DNA from: Tricharina praecox | Lineage: Eukaryota | Assembly: GCF_024521635.1 (NCBI RefSeq) | Contig: NW_026250404.1 | Span: 1,116,001-1,180,000, forward strand | DNA: 64,000 bases | Direction: 5' to 3' | Part shown: one piece after another, positions 1 to 11,062 of the stretch | Numbering within the stretch: position 1 is the first letter of the stretch | Layout: each line of letters begins with the position of its first letter | Notes under the pieces: model-generated | What the model saw: only the letters and a program-made list of their open reading frames with translations | What the model was told of the DNA's origin: nothing | Databases searched by the model: none | Translations under genes and position numbers: made by a program

Positions 1-844
1 CCGGAAAGTTCTTACGGCACATATCTCGCCTACACCGCGGGTTTTGGTGGTGCTGGTGGTGCTGGTGGTGCTGGTGGTGCTGGTGGGCTAGGGTTTGGGG
101 TGTTAACATGAAACTGTAATCTACAAGTCGACTGGCGCACGCCGCATTGCTACAGGACTTTCGAGGATGTAAAGGCATTGCCATTGAATGATCGAATGAT
201 TGAATGATTGGATATTGGTATAACTGTCGCTTCTTAGGCTCAGTAATGGTATCATACTAGTAGCTGAGCACCTTGAAAACCCGTCTCGATCGAACCGCTC
301 CGGTGCCCATTGCCCAACCGCCGCCGTCTTCGGCGTTCGCGGTACCTAAAGTCATCAGCCTAACATCCTGGCGCCGTGCCCGCCCCCGCGGCCTGCATGC
401 GTTAAACGCCCACCAGTCCCACTTTCCTCCATCCGTCGCTGTCTTGTCGCTAGGTGCATAAAGGTGCAAAAGAAGCATTTGTCCCATGACTCCCATCCAG
501 GTGTTTCTGTTCACCCGGTCTTTGTGCACAATCGCGATGGGGGCCAAGTGTAAACACTGGGTGGAATTTCGCTTGTACCGAGCATTCTGCACGGCTCAGC
601 AGAACTGCGCGGCATCATCACGAGAAGCGGGGCACTGCATTTTACTCTCAGCCCGAGTAGAGTGCTCCTTTAATCCGTGATCGTCGCGTAACTAGAGGCG
701 TGGGGTAAAGTTACGCGGCGATGCTCGAGCGCGACAGGGCGTCGTTAGTTAGCGACATCTCCATGCACGCAGCGCGATAGAGTTGAGCAAACCGAAGTCT
801 GGAGAACTCTCCAGGATTCTCTCTCTGTTGCGCTCTCTTGGTGT

Positions 845-905
845 CTCTTGCTCTCTCTTGCTCTCTCTCTCTCTCTCCCTCTCTATCTCTCTATCTCTCT
901 CTGTT
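845..905. repeat. CT-rich microsatellite (a second CT tract at ~1200-1260)
   Basis: Runs of (CT)n seen directly; typical pyrimidine-rich fungal promoter/5'UTR tracts. Confidence 0.85.
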
Positions 906-1458
906 GTTCGTTGCCATCGTGTCTCTCAACACAGCCCCATAGTTCAGCTCCACTTTCCGAGCGCGCAAATCGCACCGCAGCACTTCCCCTCCGAGGAGCG
1001 CCGGTCCGGCTGGTGCGACACAAGCGGATTGCGATCACCAATCCATGTCCCCCTGCATCCGTCCATCCATCCACCCGTCCAACTGCAGCCCTCGGCCACC
1101 GCACGTAAACAAGCCTCGTCGATAGAGTGCGCGTCACCCGGTGCGACAGTACTCGCAGATGGGCGACGAGGGCACAAACAATATATGAATGTGTGACCGC
1201 CCCTTTTCTCCTCTCTTTCTCTCTTTCTCTCTTTCCCTCTCTTTCTCCCACCGTCTCTCCCCAAGCTCATCGCGAGTCCCACGTCCCACCCTCTTTGCGA
1301 CCACATTCGTTTCCGCTCTCGACTTCCGCCCGTCCATTCGTTCCCATTGCCTTAGAATCTCTACCGAGCGCTGTATTCCCGACTCTCACGCTCACTTCTC
1401 AATCCACACTACTACCACCACCACCCAAAAAGGCCGGAAAAAAACAACAATCGACAAG

Positions 1459-1605
1459 ATGACAGACGACCTCCTCGTCAACACGCCCCTGACCACGTCC
1501 GACATCGTCTTCATGTCGGTGGGAGCGATCGGCGTGGCCGCGTGCGCGGTGTGGGCGCTGCATGGCTTCCTGACCAGAAGGAAGCAGCAGGATCTGTGGA
1601 TCTAG
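1459..1605 (+). CDS. Putative 48-aa single-pass membrane microprotein
   Basis: ATG in A-rich context after a CT-rich leader; MTDDLLVNTPLTTSDIVFMSVGAIGVAACAVWALHGFLTRRKQQDLWI has one hydrophobic segment followed by RRK; strong C/G third-position bias like the real genes in the window. Confidence 0.5.
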   Translation: MTDDLLVNTPLTTSDIVFMSVGAIGVAACAVWALHGFLTRRKQQDLWI

Positions 1606-3215
1606 GTGGTGGGCGTGTCGTGTAGGAGGAGGGCATGGAAAGGTGTGTGCATGGAGCCCATGAAGTGAGATGTGATGCTAATGGAATCTACTATAAGGGA
1701 TACCTATTATCGTGAAGCGCAAGCGGAAGCGGAGCTACGAGGGAGAGACTCGCGAGTCGAGCGACGACGAGATTGATGCGCGAAAGAGACGCCGCGGGGC
1801 GACGAGCATGCAACGCGATGGGCGTCGTTTCGCTGGCTGTATATATTACACACATTACTTGAGGCGGCGGGTGTGTGACACCGGGATGGGAACATGCGGC
1901 GATCCGGTTTGGAGGGCGGCGTTGCGGTGCGGGTTGCGCGGTAGGTAGCGGGGGCGTTGGAATGCCGTGTCGGATTTTTAAAAAACACAAGTTACAAATT
2001 GATGGATGAGGAATACCCACTTCTCTCCCGTGCTTTGCAGTAATTTCGTGACTTGCAATTGCAGCCTGTATGTGCTATTTACGCCGTGCGGAACACTCAA
2101 AGATTGTGGCCAGGAGGATACGGTACCGTAGGGCATTGTACCACCCCAATGTCAAGACAAACTTCAGCCAACACGCCAGCAATCATTTTTATGTAGATAT
2201 GTAGGCCGAAGCAATGTACTCCGCAGTCACATGTAAAGGAGGGGGCAGTAAATCACCAGAGAAGCTTATGCGTCCACGCCCAGACGGGGAGGTCTGTGGC
2301 CGTGTGCAAGCCCGCCCGCTAGCTACCTACGCACGGCCCGGATACAAGCTTTCGGGCCAAGGTGGTTCCGGAGCCAGCCCGCTCGGAGGCTGAAGTCGGT
2401 CGGTCGGCCCGAGTGAGAGTATCTATTGGAGGTACCTATTGGAGCTGTGCTGTGCTGCGAACATCATTCACGGCGTGATCATGGACACCTGGCGGTAGAG
2501 TAGAGTACTAGTAGAGAAGACGATTCGCGCGCGGCGCGTCTGGCCGATGAATCATGAGTGCATCACAGCGTGTGACTCGAGCCTTGCGATTCCACGGTTG
2601 AGGCCCGTCTGCAATATATCGGTCGAATCACCCGAGGATCCGTCCGGTCTTCCGGCGCCTCGCTTTTGTTGTGTGAATCTCGATCTCAAGCCTATCGGAT
2701 TCGATGAATTTCCTCGGTTTCCATATCCCCCCCTCCAACTGCCAGTTTTCCATCCCTCACATTCTCACCCCTTCTCGAACGTCGAACGTCACCGTCACCA
2801 GATGACGTTTCTCCCTCCCTCCCCAGGCTGATATTCTCCCCTCCAGGGGGTTTTCTTGAGGATCCAAGGCACAGCACAGCGCCTTGGTTGAAAGCAATAT
2901 ATAGAGCACCCAGGTAACTGTACATCTTCCCTGCTTAGCGACCATGCCTATATTACCGGTACTGCCATAACGTCACTCGTCCTACCTACCTACCAGCCTA
3001 CCTCCAACTACCTGTTCGCCATCCCGGCAACGAGAGCATCGCTGGAGACTGGATGCGTTCGGTGTTCATATAACCCACGCCGTTTTCCGCCGCCGCGGGA
3101 GGTGCTGGAGTTAATCGATATTCCCGTTGAAAGCTTGACTACGAAAAAGACTTCCCTCCTCCTCCCCAGAAGAACAACGACCGCACACACGCAAACACAC
3201 ACGAAACCCCGCAGC

Positions 3216-3701
3216 ATGTCCGCCAAAACCGAAGAAAAGCCACGAGTCTCTGCCCCGGTCGCTGAAGAGGAGGAGGATGACTACTCCTCGTCGGACGAGG
3301 ACTACTCCAGCGCCGACGACGACGACGACTACGAGGAAGAAGTACCACGGCAGCAGCAGCAGGCTCTCGCGCAGCGGCAGGGACAGCAGCAGGGCCAACA
3401 GCAACAACAGCCAGGCCAAGTCTCAGCGCCGCAGGCGCAAGCACCAGCGAAGGAGAAGGGCCACTCCGGCGCGCCCAGCGTAAGGCTGGACCTCAATATC
3501 GAACTCGAGGTTACCCTGAAGGCTAGGATTCATGGAGATTTGACGCTCGCGCTGTTGTATGTTGCTCTACTCCCCCCCCCCCCCCTCCCCCCAACGGCTG
3601 CGGTGGAGTTTTTGTTGCGCCGCAGGCCGTGTTGATACTTTGCTCCGTGCTACAGCAACTGAGACTGAGACTGATGCGACTTTCTTTTGCGCAGAACATA
3701 A
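3216..3701 (+). CDS. Small conserved fungal hypothetical protein (acidic + Gln-rich N-terminus, C-terminal RLDLNIELEVTLKARIHGDLTLALL motif); intron 3557-3694
   Basis: ATG 3216; GTATGT donor at 3557, CTGAT branch and GCAG acceptor ending 3694 give ...LALLT*. The C-terminal motif resembles a recurrent small ascomycete protein family (recalled, not searched). Confidence 0.7.
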
Positions 3702-4633
3702 GCCTGTTCGGTTCGGCCGGGCGGTCGGGTGGCAATGATGATGATGATGATGAGAAAACGAACGCGGGGTCCGGGATGGGGGAGGGGAGGGGGAGGGGTG
3801 GATAATGGGTTATCAATTTCCGTCGAGTTGTTTTTCTTGCTTTCTTGCTTTCTTGCTTTCCTTGGGGTTTCCTATGTATTCTTCTCTCCCTTTCGAGCGA
3901 GTTATCGAGCGTATTGTATCTTGTGTAATTTTTCTTCTTCTTCTTCTCGTCAGTGTGGGCATATCCTCGGTTCTGTAAGATAAAACATCGATATAGACGA
4001 ATTACTACGTAGGGAGCGTCTTTTCTGTGCCTGGTGATGACTTCCTTGATCCAGCCGTGGATACCGGCCGTGGATAACGAGCGGCGACGAAGTTCCTTGT
4101 TACTCGAAACAGTCGTACACGGGGCCTGTAGTGATGTCATGGCATATACAGTAGTGACTATCCTCGATCATCGCCCATCGCCCATCCCCGGCCGCGGTCG
4201 GGTACGATATTTCCCGGGTGGCCATAATGATGAGGTATCCCCCCGGGAGGTGGCCGGGAATATCGGGTAAGATCCAGCATCCCTGCCGAGCGGCCGGGTC
4301 AATCGGCGGAGGCGAGTGATAAGCTGTGTTTGTGCTTTAAGGGATGACAAAAAAAACAAGTGATGTCTGGAATCGCAGTCAGCGCTAGATCTTGGGATCT
4401 CGACACTTAGAGGTGGAGGCAGAGGTAGTCGAGTGAATAGGAGTTGGCAGTGGGCATTCAGCCAACCGAGCAGTTTGAGCTGGTGCCGATCACGGACGAA
4501 TTTGAGGAGGAAGGGGAAGGGCAGCGAGTGAGTGGGATATGTTCCTATCCTCAAATAGCTGCTGTCAGCGCTGATTAAGCCCCATAGGTACCCGATGGGA
4601 ATCTCACAGGGTGAACGGCGCCGGCCGCAAAAT

Positions 4634-5067
4634 AATGGCTCCTACATACGAGCGAGAACAGCAATTCAAGCCCGCCACTGATGTCGGAATGGCTCCTGCA
4701 TACGAGTGAGAATAGCAATCCAGGTCGCTACCGATATCGGCTCGGCTCGGCTCGGCTTAGAATCATCATCCTCAAGCTGGATGTGAAGCCGGACGCAAAC
4801 CGCTGCCGAACGCGCTCAGGGGAAAACCAAAGCTCGTCGCGGTGTGCGAGATCCAGTCTGCGCTCGGAGAGAATTCGGTCGAGTAGTGTATGGAAATCAC
4901 GAGCGAGAATAGCACTCCAGGCCGCTACCGATGTTGGCTCGGCTTGGGATTCTTGAGCTGGATGTAAATTATTGCCGAATGATTACACGTGCCGGATTTT
5001 TCCAGTCGTCGCGGTGTACGAGATCCAGTCCGGGCTCGGAGAGGATTTGATCGAGCAGTGTATGGAA
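4634..5067. repeat. Degenerate nested direct repeats (54-bp unit x2; ~170-195-bp unit x2)
   Basis: AATGGCTCCT.CATACGAG.GAGAA.AGCAAT at 4634 and 4688; 4702-4895 resembles 4899-5067 (shared ACGAG.GAGAATAGCA.TCCAGG, TCGTCGCGGTGT.CGAGATCCAGTC, AGTGTATGGAA). Confidence 0.75.
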
Positions 5068-7171
5068 GCGTATGCTGTGTATGTTCGCGAGAATTCATGT
5101 GATCGAGAAGTTGGTTGTAACTTGTCGCCAAGGTGAAGTCCGCCGGAGCCTGGGGGGTTAAGCTTGGAACTTACAGTATCATACGAGCATCCAACGTACC
5201 TAATGACGAGACACGATATCACCTTTGAAAGAGGTTCGCATTTCGACTTAATTGTAGTTGCTGACACACGCAGGGCCACATGACATCACCAGCTTATCGA
5301 TATCTCCCAGGTGCAAGATTTCGGGGGGATTTTTTGTTGAGCAGGCATCCGAATAAACGAACAAATGAGTGATCTGGTGTGATTCTTCCCATCTCCAGTC
5401 GTAAAGGTGTGTAGAAGAGTCGATTCAATCTCGAAGAAAGTTTGAATCGCACGTAGAGTAGTACTGAACGCTCTGTACGTAGTGGAACGACAAAAAGCTT
5501 GGAGTTCCAAGTGAGGAGATTCTTTGAGCGGATGAAACTCGTATGGTTCTGACATCTATTGTATGATATGTTACCGAATCGGTAGATTTATCAACGAAGA
5601 GATCCGTAACGACCCACAGAGAACAGAGTCTCGTCCAACACATCCTACCCACAGTGACAACAGCTCTCACCAGCGCATCGGTAACTACAAAACATTCACG
5701 CGGACATACCAACCCGTAACCCACCGTACTTCCCAATCCCGTGAAGAACCAAAAAGTCGAGTGCTACCATATGCATCGCTGCGTTTATGTTTTAGGCAGC
5801 CAGCTATAGTAGCGTACTCTGTCACAGGCCCACGAAAACGAGCATAAGCACAAGCACCCGGCGGAAGCCGTCGATCGAAGAAGCAGCCATGCCGCCGGTC
5901 TTGCTTTTGCCCTCGTTCATCCCGCCATCCCACCATCCCGCCATCCCGCCCTGCCATCCCACCCCATCCGGTCGGTTCCGAATCGTGGTACCTATGAGAT
6001 TCTCCAGCCTCCAGCCTCCAGGCCCGTACCGTACGTATGATATGTACTCACGTTTCGCAAAAACGATACGAGTGCAAAGCCATTGCAGGCGGACGGCCGA
6101 TCGATTCCGAAGCCACCTACTCTACACACATACTCTATTTATTCTCCGTGACTTCCTCATATGCCTCATGTGACAGACAGAGACAGAGACAGAGACAGAG
6201 ATCGAGCGAGCGAGGGAGGGAGGGAGGGAGGGAGGGGGGTCCAGAACCATCTCCCGCCCCGCGGGTCTCGCCGCTCCGCCGCACCGCTGCGTGTGGCGGC
6301 GGCGATGGTGGCGGTGGTGGTGGCCACGCTGTCGCCCGCCCCCCCTCGGTCGAGTACAGGGTTCGGCGGTACCGGTATGCATCTGTGGAGATACGTGTTG
6401 TCATGGTCATGGACTCGTGGTGGAGGCGGTTGGGTTTCTCTCTCAATTTCTCGGAAGGGAGATCTCGTGGACGATTCCGAATCTCGTGTGTGAGTGTGTG
6501 TGAGCTATGCACGCTGCAGCGCGAACTCGGTTTTCAGCTGTGTTCTGCTGCGCAGCCTGCGCTAAGCAGACTCACACATAGATACCAGTAGGTAAGTAGA
6601 GTAGGTACCTTGGAACGCGGCGGCGGCGACGGGGCAAGAGAATACAGGATACAGAAGTGTATCGGATACTTGTTTATCACAGCATCGCTCCCGACTCGGG
6701 GAGGATGTCTGGCCGCTTGGAAATCACATTGCGAGGTCGCGGCATCAGTTGGCATCAGTGATCATAGATAAGCACTCGTAAACTGGGAATGGACTGTAAA
6801 AGATGGTGGTGACGTCTATGTAGATAGATGTCCGAAGCCGGCTCATTCTGCGCTCCTCAACAGTTTGAAAATGTCGTCGTTGTTGTTGCGCATCCAGTTA
6901 ATCCGTACATAGCCGATCAACGGGAAAAATATCTCCATATGAGCCATGTAGAGTACTCTACCTACCATGGTGATGTTGCCGTGTCCACAGCCATGCACGA
7001 CGAGTCAGGCCCCCACCATCGGAGTTGGTCGCCGTTAGTTTTGTCGTATCGGGTTTTGCACCTCACTCACTAGGAGATACCGTATGCAGGAGTAGAAAAA
7101 AAAGCAGCAAAGACAACAGATACATACCGTACATGTTTCGATAGATACCCAACATGCATGCACGGCAAGGC

Positions 7172-7208
7172 GGTTGGTTAGGTAGGTAGGTAGGTAGGTA
7201 GGTAGGTA
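7172..7208. repeat. (GGTA)n microsatellite
   Basis: Tandem GGTA/GGTT units seen directly. Confidence 0.85.
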
Positions 7209-10200
7209 GAATATGTGAGTATGTTGTAAGCATCTTGGCCACGGCAAAGATTTTCATCGGATCCACCGGCTCAAAATTACAATTGCCCGGGAGAGGTTAT
7301 TGAAGTGGTGATCCATCGTCTCTTTGTCATGAATGTGTTCGGAGTTCAGGAGGCATTCATCCGACACCGCGAGTTCTTGTTGGAATACTATAGACTGCTC
7401 CAGGTACCAAGCCGTGTCAATCGATGATGGTGTATATCATGTCGATCAGGCAGCCTCCCCCCAGCGTTAGCGGGCAACTCAGGTGGCCATTCCCGGCGTA
7501 GGTGGGTACGGTACTCTATCTCGTTTGCGCCTGTTTTGTAGATACTTTGGATGGTTCTGGTTGCTCGGGAAGATATGCAAGGTACTCTACCAAGTGGGTC
7601 TCTGGATGCCCGGTTGCGGACGATACCTTCGGTACGAGGATATACGGGTAGTACTATCTTCCGTCCTGTGCGGTGTCCATGACTACATATCTCCGAGGTA
7701 GATAGACACTCTACGTTCTTCGACCTTCTCCGTGCTTCTGGCCGGTCCAGTCTTCTCGATGGCAGCCGGGCAGGTGGCGACCGTACGTAGAGAACGGGAT
7801 GTCTCTCTTTGATACAACCAAGGTCAGCGAGCGACCAAACAAGCAGTCAATACTGTGGAGTATCCAGGAACAGTCTGGAATCCTGTTAGTAAGACCATTC
7901 TGGGCACGGGCCCTGTAAATCATTCCCTCGTTTTCGGCTCTTGGGCCCCGGCTCACCCGACTGAGTGATTTCTCTAGGGGGTGTTCTAAAGTTGGAGTCA
8001 CGCTGGGGCCTGTATGGAGTTACTCTGCACTGTACAGAGCCCACTAGATACTAGCAGAGTGCATTGTGCCAGCAGAAGTTGGCCGCGGCCTGCGACGGAA
8101 GCAGTCCGCGTTCTTGCGACAGTGAGCGTGTCGAGCAGCTACTCTATACTAGTATCTAGTATGAGATATCTAGTTGTTCTCACGGGGTCGATGTCTATGC
8201 GTGATCCTGCGAAGGCGCGTTTCGAATGCACGGATAGGGTTTTCTTCCTTTTCGCCAGTTTCATCAGGAGGAAGTCATGCCGTCGCCTTTGGAGGAAATC
8301 CGTGGCGATGATGCCTGCAAAGAAAAGGGGAAGGGGGTTTGGTTAGAGTAGATGGCTGAGATGCGAGGCTTCCAACTTTTTTCTTTTGGGAGAATTGCCG
8401 AATTCTGGGCTGCGGCCTGAGATGAGAATGTTGGTGGCGTGCTGGCTCTCGGTGGGGACCTGCGATCACGAATCAGAAATTCGGGGCTAATATCGAATGT
8501 TGCGGCTGACGGATCGAGTAATTGGGTGGGTGGGTTGTAAAACGATTGTTACTGGTTGCGGTTGCGAGCTTCCCCAATGTGTAAGGATTCGACCAAAACT
8601 CACGTGTGACCCACAGTCCAGGTTTGCGAAAGGGCCCAACTGGCCTGGGGAAGGAGGGGGGGACTGCCTGTCCGGGGTGCCGTATCGATATACTATTAGC
8701 CAATCATCTCTGGCGCTTGATGCTGCATCACAGGCAAGAAGCCTCCACGGCATCGGTGTGTAGATGTCGAACTGTCCTCGATGCACTTAACCGATGCTTC
8801 GCAGCAGCAGCGGGGACGGCGGCGGGGACGGCGGCGGCGGCGACCGACACCGAGAACGTCCCGGAGGACTGCGGCCGACTCTTGTCGCTTGTGGCTTCCA
8901 CAAACAGAAGGGAGTGAATCGAATTGCCATTGCTCTCCGTGAAATGGATGACTCTCATCTCGACTCGGGTCGCCAGGAAGCTGTCAGTCCTGGACGGCAC
9001 TAAAAGGTCGAGTAATTAGCGCTGCGAAAATCATTCGCCGCCGGACCTAGTTCCTAGTGAGCCCGTAGCTTCCTTCCCATGCTTCCTTCCCTCGCTTCCC
9101 GAGGACGATGGGGGGTTGGGTTGGGTTGGTAGGCGAGAGTGAGGACACATCATGGCCACAATCACCACAACCTCCCCGCCCGCTCGCCCGCCCGCCCCGT
9201 CACGAATAAAGACGCACTGCACATGCGGCATACTTGTCCTGAGGACGGCTTTTTCATGCGGCAATGGGACGATCCTGCTCCCTCTGTTTTTCTTCTTCGT
9301 GGCGGCCGTTCGCGGAGAATTTCAAGAAGCACCGCTTCTTGAAGCAAACTGCTTCAGGGGACTGCAGCAGGCGGACGGGGCTTTGTCCGTGCTCTCATGG
9401 CCGCCAAACTGCTTGCGATCCTCTTGTCAGCGCAAGGCATCCGGAAGTGTATTTTTACTCCGCACCTTCGACTCACGGTGCCCCTGGATCGATAGTTAGT
9501 CTCCCGGCTATGGGGGGTGGAAATCACGAATTGCACTGCACTGCACTGTATAGTCGCGTATGACGGCCGGGAAAGTGGATCCCAATCCTTCAGACGTGCG
9601 CAGGATTGACATGCCGTGCCACCAGAGTGTTGTGGTGAGGTAATCTATCATCATTGGAGGTCGGATTGGCTGCCAAGAGCAAGAGGACCTAACTTAGTTA
9701 TAGGGGCGCCATCTCAGCCTTACCAAGATACTATCATCCCCTGAGCCGTGGGGTCACCAGCGCTATAACTTACTACCAACCAGTATGGTTAGTACCGCCT
9801 TCCTTGCCTGCTGTAGCGTTTAGGAGGCGACTGGGCTCGCGTTGGCATCGCGAGTCACCTGCTCTCAGCTTCCAAATGAACATCGTATTTGCGCGGCGGC
9901 TGGGCCTTTCGATGCTACGGCGCTCGCTCGAAGCACCGGCGAGCAATAGTTGGGTAGGAACGGAGCGGAACAGTGGATTGGCCCAGCGGAGCGACCGGTC
10001 GCCTACGACTAGGTAGTATACCAGTATTCCTAGCCAAGTGTCAGCCTGACAGCTGCTATAGCACATACGGTACTCCATACAGCAGCTGATGATACGAACA
10101 GTATTGGTCTGATAGGGGATGATCCAGGTTCTTTCCCCTCCACAGCCTGACCGTCTCGCAGCTCGCTCTGGCGGTCCAATGGAATGCCCTCGGGCCGGAC

Positions 10201-10843
10201 CACGTTTGTCGATATTGATGCTTGTTTGTTGCAACATGCAAGGTACCCGCCGCGGCACTGCGTGATGCCCACTGGTCACTGAGCTCGGTTGCAAACCCAA
10301 GATTGACCGACTTTATTTTGGGAGCGTGCCCTGGAGAGAAAAAGTTAGGGGGAGGGAGCAATGCGCATTGCGAAGGGGGCATTTCCAGAATCCTAGCTGG
10401 AAGTCTTCCCCCTTATCCGCAACCGGCACAAGTGAACGAGCAGCCTTGAGTGATGCGATTCCACGGCGGATTCTGGTCGCAGGTCCCACTGTCGTTGCCG
10501 TCGTGTGGTGTGCTGGAATGACTGGTCCTGTCCCGCGGCGTGCAGAATGTAGGGCTGCGGCCAGCGAAAGTCTTCAACCCCCCAGAGCGCGCAGATGCCA
10601 ATTTCCGGTGCAGCAGGCTAGGCAGTGGGTGGGTGAACTGGCGATGTCTCGATGCATCCTCGCGCGAGCAACCAGAAGCCCCGGCAACTTCTGGTTACCG
10701 AGAAGAAGACAATGCCTGGCAGCCCCAGCACTAGCTCCACCTCCAGCGCCGCCAGGGGGACAGAGGCTTTGGCTGGGGGCCGGTTGGCGAAAAGCGAGCA
10801 GACCTCACCACTATTCGGACTCACCTCCACAATCGAAAATGAG

Positions 10844-10850
10844 TATATAA
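10844..10850 (+). promoter_or_regulatory. Probable TATA box of the repeat-protein gene
   Basis: TATATAA ~215 bp upstream of ATG 11063, followed by a CT-rich tract. Confidence 0.5.
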
Positions 10851-11062
10851 CTCCCGTCGGTCTGCCTCTCTCAGCTGTTTTTCTTTCCTCACCAGCCTCA
10901 GCTTCTCCATCAATCTCTAATTCGTGTCCATCTTCTCATTCTTTAGAAGACAGCACAGTCACTCTTTGACCTCCTACTCTCATTATTTTCATAATCCACT
11001 GCTCTTTGCAACCACTCCCAATCACCCTCTATAATCTAACACCTCTCTCTACATAATTCAAA

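Noticed and set aside
29..110. (GGTGGTGCT)n that could encode PPAPPAPPAPPKPAV* as a minus-strand last exon
   Set aside because: No convincing upstream exons could be joined; treated as a simple repeat.
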